In this document: piece by piece, positions 1 through 12,001 of the stretch
Numbering within the stretch: the first letter of the stretch is position 1
How the letters are laid out: each line of letters opens with the position of its first letter
Translations under genes and position numbers: made by a program
Assembly: GCA_038207085.1 (NCBI GenBank)
Contig: JBBRAE010000012.1
Coordinates: forward strand, 10,446 to 74,445
Length of the DNA stretch: 64,000 nucleotides
From: Armatimonadota bacterium
GTDB taxonomy: Bacteria; Armatimonadota; UBA5829; DTLH01
Direction: 5' to 3'
The notes under the pieces: model-generated
Seen by the model: the letters and a program-made list of their open reading frames with translations, nothing else
Database searches by the model: none
What the model was told of the DNA's origin: nothing

Positions 1-462
1 CACTCGAAGCAGGACGCCACTGATCACCCCCGCCGTAACTACTGCCAAGGCAACGCCGAGCAGGAGCAAACCGGCCCTGATCCCATAGAACACGGTGGCG
101 AGGATGCAGGCAAGGAAAAACAGCACTGTCGACTGCCCGAGTAGCCCAAACTGAAACAGTGTCGCGCAAGCCGCCACCCAAAGCGAAAGAAGTATCAACC
201 CGGCTCGGACATCGGTCGACAGCGCCCCGCGCAGCAGGACTGCTACCCAGCCAAACACCATTGCGGCGATATGAAACCCGAAAACCGACTGCCAACCCAG
301 GTCTATCCCACGCGCAACGGAGGCGACAACAACCGGAGTAGACAGCGCAACCACAACAACGAGCGCTCGGTTCACCAACCGGCTCTGCACCGCCGCCAGG
401 GACTCCACATCCGACCAAGAACCACTCCGTCCCCCAGCACTGTCCCTGTGTTGCTCGACCAA
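1..462 (-). CDS. Multi-pass membrane protein, N-terminal part only (runs off the window); possibly the sensor domain of a signalling protein
   Basis: Not in the ORF track. Manual translation from TTG at 462 (GGGAGG RBS at 469-474) is open to base 1: MVEQHRD...ALVVVVALSTPVVVASV...LFQFGLLGQSTVLFFLACILATVFYGIRAGLLLLGV, with about 5 hydrophobic segments. Confidence 0.7.
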   Translation of the reverse strand, partial: MVEQHRDSAGGRSGSWSDVESLAAVQSRLVNRALVVVVALSTPVVVASVARGIDLGWQSVFGFHIAAMVFGWVAVLLRGALSTDVRAGLILLSLWVAACATLFQFGLLGQSTVLFFLACILATVFYGIRAGLLLLGVALAVVTAGVISGVLLRV

Positions 463-646
463 TACAGGCCTCCCTTTGTATGGGTAGTTATCAATTACCT
501 TGAGCTTTTACCCAAAACCAGGCAGGTTGGAATAGGCAGGTCGAACTGGGTGCGTATCGCTTCGACTGCCGCTCAAACTTGTGGTACCATACCTGACGCA
601 GCACTTGGTGTTTCAAACCGTACAGCAGAGGTATCAGAGTATCATT

Positions 647-1018
647 ATGACGAACTTCACGCTTCCGACGGGCACCAATATAGGCAACGTTCACCTCAGG
701 ATATCGTCGCTTGAGCGTTCGGTGAACTTTTACTCGGCGCTCCTCGGGTTTCGTGAGGTCGACAAGTGGGGGCACACGGCGAAACTGTCGGCTTCTGGTG
801 AGCTTCCGGGGCAGATTCTTCTGACCGAGCTTGAGGACTCCACCGGGCTTGTCTCGTTTGCCCTGGTCCTCCCGGACGAAGCCACGTGGAACGCGCTCAA
901 GGCTCGGATAGAAGAGTCTGGCCTACCGACGCAGAAGCCGGGGCACTCCGACTACGCGATGAGCATGATCGTGCGTGACCCGGATCAAAACGCGGTTGAG
1001 ATAGTGGCGAACGGGTAG
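647..1018 (+). CDS. VOC/glyoxalase family protein (single domain, CatE-like)
   Basis: IGNVHLRISSLERSVNFYSALLGF N-terminal motif and RDPDQNAVEI C-terminal motif; ATG at 647 preferred over 581. Confidence 0.8.
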   Translation: MTNFTLPTGTNIGNVHLRISSLERSVNFYSALLGFREVDKWGHTAKLSASGELPGQILLTELEDSTGLVSFALVLPDEATWNALKARIEESGLPTQKPGHSDYAMSMIVRDPDQNAVEIVANG

Positions 1019-1030
1019 AGCAACGCCGTG

Positions 1031-1060
1031 AACGTAGGGGCGGACCAATGTGTCCGCCCT
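1031..1060 (+). repeat. GTAG-type REP-like palindrome, copy 1
   Basis: AAC-GTAG-GGGCGGAC-CAATGT-GTCCGCCC-T; near-identical inverted copy at 18794-18823. Confidence 0.7.
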
Positions 1061-1132
1061 TTTGCGATTACGCTGGATGCCTGGGCTTGGCTAAGCTTCG
1101 AGTGTGTTGGTGGGAGTTGATTCTTTGGGTGG

Positions 1133-1309
1133 AGCGCACGTTTCGAGAGCCTCAACGTGATTAGATTTAGATTGATCTATATTTGATAAATTGGTGGTCG
1201 CTCACCCTTCGTGCTTCGAAAGCCTCAGCAGGGCTCAGGGTGGATGTACAATCTTCTCATACATCCACCCAAGCCAACCCATCACCCTGAGGCTCTCGAA
1301 GGGTGCGCT
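1133..1309. repeat. REPIN/MITE-like element bounded by 29-bp imperfect inverted repeats, with an internal related copy
   Basis: 1133-1161 matches the reverse complement of 1281-1309 at 25/29; related motif at about 1200-1241. Confidence 0.55.
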
Positions 1310-1344
1310 ACACAAATCAAAGGGCGTACTACAGACTCCGGTAG

Positions 1345-4449
<3,105 letters not shown>

Positions 4450-4478
4450 TCACGGCTCCCTGATATATTCCAAAATCT

Positions 4479-5954
4479 CTAAAATGAGTAGTTCGCCGAA
4501 AGCTGCAGGCTATCCTCCTTCTGGGGCAGCTTAAAACTGTCATATCTTAGCGACACGCTGCCGCGCGGGGTGATGTCCCGGGTAGCGATCAGGGAGAGCC
4601 TGCTCTGGTCAAACGGATTGGGGCCGTCGGATTCTTTAGGCTGTCGGCTAAGGTACTCGGCGATTCCGCTCCAGTAGCTGCCAAACTTGTGGTCTGCGCG
4701 AAGGTAGAACGCCTCACTGTTCGAGCCTACGGGGTGGCCTATCACGAAGTTGTCGTGGGTGTAGGTAAGCCCCTGCACGCCGGGGCGGGTGGCCTGATAG
4801 GTTCCGGGGTCGGTTTGGATATACTCCGCGCGGAAGCTCGTTTGCCCGTCGCCAAGGAGGTTCGGCCAGTAGCCTCCTACCAGATAACCGGTCTTGCGGG
4901 GCAGATTCCAGGCAGCACCCTCGTGCAGATACTGCGGCGCCTGCATGTCGTCCACAACCCAGTCGACGTAGCCCTGGAAGCGCGGAGTGAACCTGTACCA
5001 CAGGTCAATCGACATCATGTTGTTGATATCAGAGTCGACGTCGTAGCGAAAAATGTCCTGGTAAAGATAAAAAGGCAGGACGAAGATCAATGGGTTCGGC
5101 TTGACGTTGGTCGTCTTTGCAGCCTCGTTGAAAGACAGGTAGAGCTTCTCGTTGAATCTCTTTTCCCAGTGGCGCCCATAAAGGTAGTATCTTGCCCCCG
5201 AATCCTCAAAGGAACTCGCGAACTCAGTGATCTTGATGTACCCGATGTGCTTGCCGAAGTTGATGTCAGCGCCGATCTTGCCCATCAAAAAGCCGGGGCT
5301 GTTGTCCGATAGGATCATCGAGCCACTGTAGCCGGGGCTCCACCAAAGATAATCCTGCCCGACTTCCCACTCCCAGTGCTCAGTCTTGCCGCGCACGAAA
5401 TACTTGTCGAAGATCGAGAAGGCGTCGCCGTCGGCTCGCCTCCGGACGTTTGAGAAGGTCGCATCTCCCCATGAGTATTTGCTCGGGCTTACGAGCCCGG
5501 TTGCGCGGTAGTCGGCAAACGCGCCGAGGTCGCCACCTGATAGCTCAAGAGTCGGCGCGACGAAACCAGCCGGCGTCCAAGTCTTGATAGCCGCCCACGG
5601 CAGCGCTTTTTCGTAAGCCGCGCCCGCGCCAAGCATCAGAAGCTCCGCGCGGTAATCAAGAGCGAGCTTGCCGAGGATGGCCCGGTCTGACTCGGGAGTC
5701 GCGTCCGTCGCAGTCTCAATGGCCTGTTTGACGAACCTTGCCATCTCTTCGCGGTCGTAAGCCCAGTTGCCTTCAAAACGCTGGGAGGTCTCACCGGGCA
5801 CAAGCCCACGGCCTGCTAGGTGGATCATCGCGTCGTAGGACCAGTCTTCACGGGGCACACGGTCGACCGACGCGGTCGGGACCGGACGAGACGCGCAAAC
5901 ATTCGCCGTCGCCAGTAACACGGCGGCGACAGCGATTAAACCCTTCACCTTCAT
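4479..5954 (-). CDS. Capsule assembly Wzi-family outer-membrane protein
   Basis: Signal peptide MKVKGLIAVAAVLL (ATG 5954); WWSPGYSGSMILSDNSP Wzi-like motif; IGHPVGSNS; C-terminal YSF. Confidence 0.75.
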   Translation of the reverse strand: MKVKGLIAVAAVLLATANVCASRPVPTASVDRVPREDWSYDAMIHLAGRGLVPGETSQRFEGNWAYDREEMARFVKQAIETATDATPESDRAILGKLALDYRAELLMLGAGAAYEKALPWAAIKTWTPAGFVAPTLELSGGDLGAFADYRATGLVSPSKYSWGDATFSNVRRRADGDAFSIFDKYFVRGKTEHWEWEVGQDYLWWSPGYSGSMILSDNSPGFLMGKIGADINFGKHIGYIKITEFASSFEDSGARYYLYGRHWEKRFNEKLYLSFNEAAKTTNVKPNPLIFVLPFYLYQDIFRYDVDSDINNMMSIDLWYRFTPRFQGYVDWVVDDMQAPQYLHEGAAWNLPRKTGYLVGGYWPNLLGDGQTSFRAEYIQTDPGTYQATRPGVQGLTYTHDNFVIGHPVGSNSEAFYLRADHKFGSYWSGIAEYLSRQPKESDGPNPFDQSRLSLIATRDITPRGSVSLRYDSFKLPQKEDSLQLSANYSF

Positions 5955-5956
5955 AG

Positions 5957-6622
5957 TCAATAAGCGCCTTTTCCTGATAAAACAGCCGGGATTGTTCGTA
6001 AAAGAATGCTGACATCGATCCACACGGAGCGGCAGTCGATGTATTTGAGGTCGAGGAGCACCCAGTCCTCGAAGCTGAGGTTGCTGCGACCGCTCACCTG
6101 CCAAAGACAAGTGATACCCGGCACAACCGAGAGCCTGCGGAACTGCCAGTCTTCATACTTCGCGACCTCGCACGGGAGCGGAGGCCGAGGTCCGACAAAG
6201 CACATGTCACCTTTGAGCACGTTGAATATCTGAGGAAGCTCGTCTATGCTGTATCGCCTAAGCACACGCCCAATCGGGGTGACTCTGGGGTCGTTTTGGA
6301 TCTTGAAGATCGGGCCTGAAGCTTCATTCTTGTCAAGAAGCGTCGCGCGGGTCTTCTCAGCCTCAGCGCACATGGAGCGAAACTTGTAAAATGTGAAGAC
6401 GCGACCGCCCTGCCCCACCCTGTCCTGTTTGAATATGATGGGCCCGGGGCTATCGATCTTGATCATGATCGCGACGATCAAAAACACCGGCCAGATGAGC
6501 AAAAGCAGCCCGACGGCGAGGATAATTCCTATCACCCGCTTGGCGAGTTTATACCTTCGCATGCCTGGCGCAACCGGAATGTCCGGCCAACTTCTCACTA
6601 CATCTTTCTCACGATCAAACAT
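5957..6622 (-). CDS. Priming glycosyltransferase (bacterial sugar transferase, WcaJ/CpsE C-terminal type)
   Basis: One TM segment, then DSPGP..FKQ.RVG, KFRSM, DPRVT..G..LRRYSIDELPQ, GPRP, PGIT..WQV.GR. Confidence 0.93.
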   Translation of the reverse strand: MFDREKDVVRSWPDIPVAPGMRRYKLAKRVIGIILAVGLLLLIWPVFLIVAIMIKIDSPGPIIFKQDRVGQGGRVFTFYKFRSMCAEAEKTRATLLDKNEASGPIFKIQNDPRVTPIGRVLRRYSIDELPQIFNVLKGDMCFVGPRPPLPCEVAKYEDWQFRRLSVVPGITCLWQVSGRSNLSFEDWVLLDLKYIDCRSVWIDVSILLRTIPAVLSGKGAY

Positions 6623-7178
6623 TGCCAGCTGTTATCCAATCGGCTGCAGCCGAAAGATCGACTGCGATATGATCAGGCGCGGGAGTAACCTCCGCGGCAT
6701 CGAGTGCGGTCAGTTTTCCGGAAAGCACGAGCACAGTCTTGCAACCCGCCGCCTTTCCCGCCATGATATCCCGTTCGGCGTCCCCAACGAACACCGCGCG
6801 GGAAAGCTCGATTCCGTAGTCCTGCCGAGCTTGGTGAAGCATGCCCGGAAGCGGCTTGCGACACGCGCACTTCTCATCCGGGTGATGCGGGCAATAGTAC
6901 ATCTTTTCTATCATTCCACCGGCCTCGGCGACTCGCGTGCGGATCACTTCGTTGATCCGGTCGAGCTCGTCCAAGCTCATAAGGCCCTTGGCGATAGAGG
7001 CCTGGTTGGAGACGATGAAGAGCGTCCACCCGTCATTATACAGACGAGCGAGCGCCTCCGGCGTGCCGGGCAAAAACTCGAACTCGGCGACGCTTTTTAC
7101 ATAATCGTCCCGGTCGCGGTTGATGACCCCGTCCCGGTCGACAAATACTACTCTTGTGAAATCTCTTTGTACAGGCAT
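6615..7178 (-). CDS. gmhB: D-glycero-D-manno-heptose 1,7-bisphosphate phosphatase (HAD-IIIA)
   Basis: DRDGVIN, SNQ, CPHH...CACRKP, VGD motifs; ATG at 7178. Confidence 0.9.
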   Translation of the reverse strand: MPVQRDFTRVVFVDRDGVINRDRDDYVKSVAEFEFLPGTPEALARLYNDGWTLFIVSNQASIAKGLMSLDELDRINEVIRTRVAEAGGMIEKMYYCPHHPDEKCACRKPLPGMLHQARQDYGIELSRAVFVGDAERDIMAGKAAGCKTVLVLSGKLTALDAAEVTPAPDHIAVDLSAAADWITAGNV

Positions 7179-7726
7179 ACGTAAATAATGTGCGAAAGGA
7201 CGATGTGGACGTCCTCGATCTGCTGCATGGAGTCGCTTGCGACGACTATCGACTTGGTGGCAAGTTTCGAGAGCTTGCCGCCGCCCATTCCCGTCAGGCC
7301 GATTGTGGTCATTCCCATCTCGTTTGCTGTCTCGACCGCCCGGATAATGTTTGGCGAGTTGCCGCTTCCGCTGATTGCGACCAGCACGTCCCCGGCCTGC
7401 GCCCAGGTCTGCACCTGCTCGACGAAGATACTGGCATAATCGGTGTCGTTTGCCCAAGCGGTGATAAGCGGGGCCGAATCGGTGAGCGCCATCACTTTGA
7501 ACTTCTTGCAGGTGAGGCAGCCGATGCCCTTTTGCAGGTCCTCGGACAGGTGCGACGCCGTCGCCGCGCTTCCGCCGTTGCCGCAGATAAGAACGCGCCG
7601 GCCCTCAAGATATGCCTGCTTGATGACCTGGACTATCCCGTCGATCTGATCGCTCGGAAGCTTCGATATAAGCCCGGCGACTCCGCCGAGATAGTTCTCT
7701 ATAAGCTGTGCTCTTTCGATAATCAT
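7148..7726 (-). CDS. gmhA: Phosphoheptose isomerase (SIS domain)
   Basis: CGNGGSAA.ASH, AND, ISGSGNS.N, QIED.H motifs. Confidence 0.92.
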   Translation of the reverse strand: MIIERAQLIENYLGGVAGLISKLPSDQIDGIVQVIKQAYLEGRRVLICGNGGSAATASHLSEDLQKGIGCLTCKKFKVMALTDSAPLITAWANDTDYASIFVEQVQTWAQAGDVLVAISGSGNSPNIIRAVETANEMGMTTIGLTGMGGGKLSKLATKSIVVASDSMQQIEDVHIVLSHIIYVCLYKEISQE

Positions 7727-7762
7727 AGGTTCCTCCGATAGCGCGATATGCGCGAAATGGCG

Positions 7763-8740
7763 CTATCTTCTGACATTAAATACTACTTTGCTCCCGTCCC
7801 GCTCAAGCCTGAACGGAAGTTCCCTAAGCTCTGCAAGCGCCTTTCGGACCTTGTGCTGGTGCGTAGGCGGGCAGTAGATGAGCAAAAACCCTCCGCCTCC
7901 CGCGCCCGCGACCTTGCCTCCGATAGCCCCGGCCTTGATCGCTTTTTCGTAGAAATCATTGATCTGGTCGTTGCTGATGCCGTTTGCGAGCGATTTCTTG
8001 AGCTGCCAGCCGTCGCCAAGCACGTGCCCAAGCCGCACAATGTTCGACTTCTTGAGCGAGTCATTTAGACTTCTGGCCTGATCGCGCATGGCGATGAGCG
8101 CCTTCAAACGGTCATTGATGTTTTCTTTCTGCTCCGTAAGCACGCTTGCGGACTTGCGGGTGACGCCGGTGTAGAAGAGCATCAGGCTCTCATCCATCTG
8201 GCGGCGCTTGTCATCTTCAAGATCGACGCGCTCTGCGGTCACGCAGCCGTCGCAGCAGAAACGAAAATATTTGAGGCCGCCGTAGGCGGCGATGTATTGA
8301 TCCTGTTTGCCAATAGGCTTGCCGAGGATGTCGATTTCGATCTCACAGGCCTCGCGCGCGAGCACTTCGGCGGGCATGATTTCGCCTTTAAACGCGTGCA
8401 GCGCGTTCAGCAGCCCTACCGTGACGGTGCTCGATGACCCCAGCCCCGAGCCCTCGCTTGGAACGTCGGCCATTGTAGAGATTTCGATACCCTTGGTGAC
8501 GCCGACTTTGCGGAGACACTCGCGGACCAATTCATGCTCGATTTCGTCGATGTGATCGACCATTTCGGTCTGAGAGTAGCCGACGCGGATTTTTTCGTCG
8601 AATCTTTCTTTGACAATTACATAAATGTATTTATCAATAGCCGAAGAAACGACGCAGCCTTCTTCCTGCTGGTAAAATCCTTCGAAATCTGTGCCACCAC
8701 CAGCAAAACTAATCCTAAGCGGGGTCTGCGTGATGATCAA
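7763..8740 (-). CDS. hddA: D-glycero-alpha-D-manno-heptose-7-phosphate kinase (GHMP kinase)
   Basis: TPLRISFAGGGTD, GSGLGSS, GKQDQY, GAGGGGF; adjacent to gmhA and gmhB. Confidence 0.88.
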   Translation of the reverse strand: MIITQTPLRISFAGGGTDFEGFYQQEEGCVVSSAIDKYIYVIVKERFDEKIRVGYSQTEMVDHIDEIEHELVRECLRKVGVTKGIEISTMADVPSEGSGLGSSSTVTVGLLNALHAFKGEIMPAEVLAREACEIEIDILGKPIGKQDQYIAAYGGLKYFRFCCDGCVTAERVDLEDDKRRQMDESLMLFYTGVTRKSASVLTEQKENINDRLKALIAMRDQARSLNDSLKKSNIVRLGHVLGDGWQLKKSLANGISNDQINDFYEKAIKAGAIGGKVAGAGGGGFLLIYCPPTHQHKVRKALAELRELPFRLERDGSKVVFNVRR

Positions 8741-8938
8741 TTGTGAACCTCCTGTTCTAATCGTATTCTAGCACAGCCATTCCGATGCTACAAGAACATT
8801 TGTAGCTATCAGCCATCAGCTGGCAAAGCCCATGCCCCGTTTTACACATGCCGAAAGTGACTCAGCAGTGTACACAGACGCAAATGAGCCTCAGCCGCCA
8901 ACTTCAGAGCTGACGGCTGATAGCTGACAGCCAGAAGC

Positions 8939-9142
8939 CTAACGATGAAACTGTGCGTGTTTCGCGACGCGTTCTTTCGCGCGAGGTTCGCTCCTCAGAT
9001 GAAAGTGAGTATGTTTCTCACCCTTTTCACGTCTTTTGCCAAGAGCGCAGGCGTCTTCAGAACCACAGCATGTGCACGTGACACCGGATAGGTCACACAT
9101 CTGAGTTCCGCCAGCACTCCACCAATAGTCGCATTGCGCCAA
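8939..9142 (-). CDS. Small Cys-rich protein (67 aa), unknown function
   Basis: AAGGAGG RBS before TTG at 9142; MAQCDYWWSAGGTQMCDLSGVTCTCCGSEDACALGK... with a basic/His-rich tail. Confidence 0.6.
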   Translation of the reverse strand: MAQCDYWWSAGGTQMCDLSGVTCTCCGSEDACALGKRREKGEKHTHFHLRSEPRAKERVAKHAQFHR

Positions 9143-9345
9143 CTTAGGAATCCTCCTTGAAGTAACTGCTTCTAAACCGATTATCGGCAAGCAAGTGTCA
9201 CTTGTGGAGATATCACATTCACGGCGGAACTAAACTGGTAATGCCCCGTCTAAAAATATAGCTGCCGAGCCGGTGCGGGCTAAACTACACAGACCTTGCC
9301 CGTTTCCATCCGATACAGACCACACAGGCTCGGCAGATACGAAAA

Positions 9346-10419
9346 TTACCTAAGGGGTGATACTCCAAGGCTTTCGGCGAGCTTGTTCAGTCCATCGACA
9401 TGCTCGACAGACAGTGGAATCCCACACTTGGTCGCCCGATCGAACTTTTCCCACTCCATCTCACCAGGCAGATAAAGCCTCTCGCAGGCTTCAGAGCGTG
9501 GGGTAGCCTTGATCCCCCGGATCATATGGTCCATCCTAGCTTTGAAGTCCTCAATCGGCATCATCTTGCCGATGTCGATGACGATAAACGCGTGCCCCTC
9601 GTCTGTCAGCTCGCCGACTCTCCCCATCCACGGCACGATGTCGCGAGTCATAAGCGAGCCCGTGAGAGCCCCCGCAAGCACCTCGACCATCACAGCGAGG
9701 CCATAGCCCTTGTGCCCACCGGTCGGGAGGAGCATCGCGGAGGTGGGATACTTGCATGCGTCGTTTGTCGGAAGGCCATGTTCATCTACAAGCCAGTTGT
9801 CGGGGACGCGCCCTTCTTTGCCGCCTGCCGCGTAGACTTTGGCGGCGGCGACGACGCTGAAGGCCACATCCAGGAAAACGGGGTGCTCCTCGCCTGCCGG
9901 GACAGCGTAGGCGAAGGGGTTGTTCCCCATCACCCCGCACTTTGCGCCGGGGATCGTCATGTTGACCTCGACGTTGCTCATCGCGATGCCGATCATGTCG
10001 CGCTTGATGGCCATATTGGCGTAGTACCCAGCTGCGCCGAAGTGGGTGCTTCCCTTGACTCCGACGTAGGCTATTCCGACGTTTGACGCCTTCTCTATCG
10101 CAAGCTCCATAGCCCGAACGGAAGAGACGTGCGCCATCCCACGGCGGGCGTCAATGGTTGCCCAGCCGGGGCCGTCGGTTAGAGTTTCGGGGGTGGCGAG
10201 CGGGTCGATCCCGCCTGCGAGGATCTTTTGGGTATAGTTTCCGAGCTGCTTTGTACCGTGGGTCGCGATCCCCCACTGGTCGGTCGTGACGAGCACCTCC
10301 GAGGCGATCCGAGCCTCATCCTCACGCATACCGCAGTGAACGAGCATACCCGTGCTAAACTCCTTCAGGCGCTCGATCTCAAAAGTTATATAACTGACTT
10401 GGGACTCTGTTTTCATCAT
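9346..10419 (-). CDS. Ldh_2 family (malate/L-lactate/ureidoglycolate-type) oxidoreductase
   Basis: G..THG, HFGAAGYY, GNNPFAYAVP, GGHKGYGL, YLPGE motifs; ATG 10419 or 10416 after GAGGA. Confidence 0.9.
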   Translation of the reverse strand: MMKTESQVSYITFEIERLKEFSTGMLVHCGMREDEARIASEVLVTTDQWGIATHGTKQLGNYTQKILAGGIDPLATPETLTDGPGWATIDARRGMAHVSSVRAMELAIEKASNVGIAYVGVKGSTHFGAAGYYANMAIKRDMIGIAMSNVEVNMTIPGAKCGVMGNNPFAYAVPAGEEHPVFLDVAFSVVAAAKVYAAGGKEGRVPDNWLVDEHGLPTNDACKYPTSAMLLPTGGHKGYGLAVMVEVLAGALTGSLMTRDIVPWMGRVGELTDEGHAFIVIDIGKMMPIEDFKARMDHMIRGIKATPRSEACERLYLPGEMEWEKFDRATKCGIPLSVEHVDGLNKLAESLGVSPLR

Positions 10420-10444
10420 GTATCCTCTATCCTCCAAGAATAAC

Positions 10445-11890
10445 TTACTCCGTAACGATCGCCGGTTCATGCGACGGGGCGAACTCTGTTTCATCGTCTG
10501 AGAGCAGGTGTTTGCGAACTATGGGGCGCTTCCACAGCCCCGAAGCGTAGCAGCCGATAGCAAGGCACATACCAAGCGCGGAGCTGATCACGATTGCGTA
10601 CCATATCCCCTCGACGCGCTTCATGTGGGTCGAGAAGAGATAAGCAAGCGGGATGCGCGCGCAGCAGATGCCGATGAACGATATCGCCGTGGTGATAAGC
10701 GTGTGCCCGGAGCCGTTGATAACACCCGTCGCGGCGAGCATCAGGGCGAAAAATATGTAGCACGTGCCGACGGTCCTAAGGTATCCCGCGCCGACCGCAA
10801 TCGCGGCGGGCTCGTCCAAGAACATTGCCATCAAAGCCACCGAAAAGGTCACCGCACACACCGAAACGACGAGAGTTATTCCGCCGGAGAGCAGCGCCCC
10901 CCACTTGAAGATCTCACGGACCCGCTCGATGCGGCCCGCACCGATGTTTTGCCCGACCATTGTCGCGATAGCGACGTTAAAGGTCATAGCGGGCAAAAAG
11001 GCGACCTGGTCGAGCCTGGATGTCGCGCCAAACGCCGCGGCGGCGTCCTGACCGTAGAAGTTTACGAACCGGACGACAAATACTCCCGCAAGAGAGACCA
11101 GCGACTGCTGCACCGAAGACGGGAAGCCGATCTTCATAATCAGCCAAAGCATAGGACGGTTGACCGAAAAGCTTCGCCAGCCCAAGGTCATGATGTGGCG
11201 CTTGCCGCGCAGGTAGATGAGCATCGCGATGAGCCCGGCGCCCTGGGTCACGGCGGTCGCGACCGCTGTGCCGTTTAGCCCCATCTTCGGGAAACCGAGC
11301 CAGCCGAACATCAGCACAGGGTCGAGCACAGCGGTGCCAAGAAGTGAGCCGACCTGAAAATAGAGCGGAGTCTTGGAGTCGCCCATCCCACGGAGAATCG
11401 AGGCCGAGAGAAACATCGCGAACATGAAAGGCGCGCACAGCAGGATCATCCGCAGGTAGCTCACCGCAAGTGGGTAAACGTTCGGGGGACACTCCAGAGC
11501 CTTCATCATCCAGGGGCTATACACTTCCCCGGCGGCTACGAGCACGATACAGAGCGTGAATATGAGCAGAGCCGAACTTTGGATGACCTCTCGCACCTTG
11601 CCCCAGTTGCCAGCCCCGGCAAACTGTGAAACGAGAATACCCGTCCCCATCGTAAGTCCGATCGCAAGCGCCATCAGCAGAAATATGATGAACATCGTCT
11701 CTGTCACAGCCGCAAGCGACGTTTCGCCAAGCCCCTTGCCGACCCAAATCGCGTTTACGATCTGGTAAGCGGTGTGGATAGCGTTGCCCATCAGCATGGG
11801 AATGGAGAAGAGAACGATGTGGCGGGGGATGCTCCCCGTGGTCATATCGCGACCGTATCTGCCTGCACGCTCGCGTGATTGCTGGGTCAT
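10445..11890 (-). CDS. MATE family efflux transporter
   Basis: DMTTGSI..HI..FSIP, RGMGDSKTP, GQNIGAG; about 12 TM segments. Confidence 0.93.
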   Translation of the reverse strand: MTQQSRERAGRYGRDMTTGSIPRHIVLFSIPMLMGNAIHTAYQIVNAIWVGKGLGETSLAAVTETMFIIFLLMALAIGLTMGTGILVSQFAGAGNWGKVREVIQSSALLIFTLCIVLVAAGEVYSPWMMKALECPPNVYPLAVSYLRMILLCAPFMFAMFLSASILRGMGDSKTPLYFQVGSLLGTAVLDPVLMFGWLGFPKMGLNGTAVATAVTQGAGLIAMLIYLRGKRHIMTLGWRSFSVNRPMLWLIMKIGFPSSVQQSLVSLAGVFVVRFVNFYGQDAAAAFGATSRLDQVAFLPAMTFNVAIATMVGQNIGAGRIERVREIFKWGALLSGGITLVVSVCAVTFSVALMAMFLDEPAAIAVGAGYLRTVGTCYIFFALMLAATGVINGSGHTLITTAISFIGICCARIPLAYLFSTHMKRVEGIWYAIVISSALGMCLAIGCYASGLWKRPIVRKHLLSDDETEFAPSHEPAIVTE

Positions 11891-12001
11891 TGACGCTCCT
11901 TGATCTGGCTGTTCTGTCCCGTCTATTATCCCCGATTTGGGCCTGTATGTCGATGGGCTGCTGAGTGGAGCGCTAGCGGGGATTGGCGACTCCCTGGGAC
12001 T

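Noticed and set aside
8804..8925. 18-bp inverted repeat as a MITE
   Set aside because: Built from low-complexity 7-mer repeats (GCTGA(T/C)(A/G)); similar short heptamer runs occur near 48490-48550, 52900 and 55107; no target duplication seen
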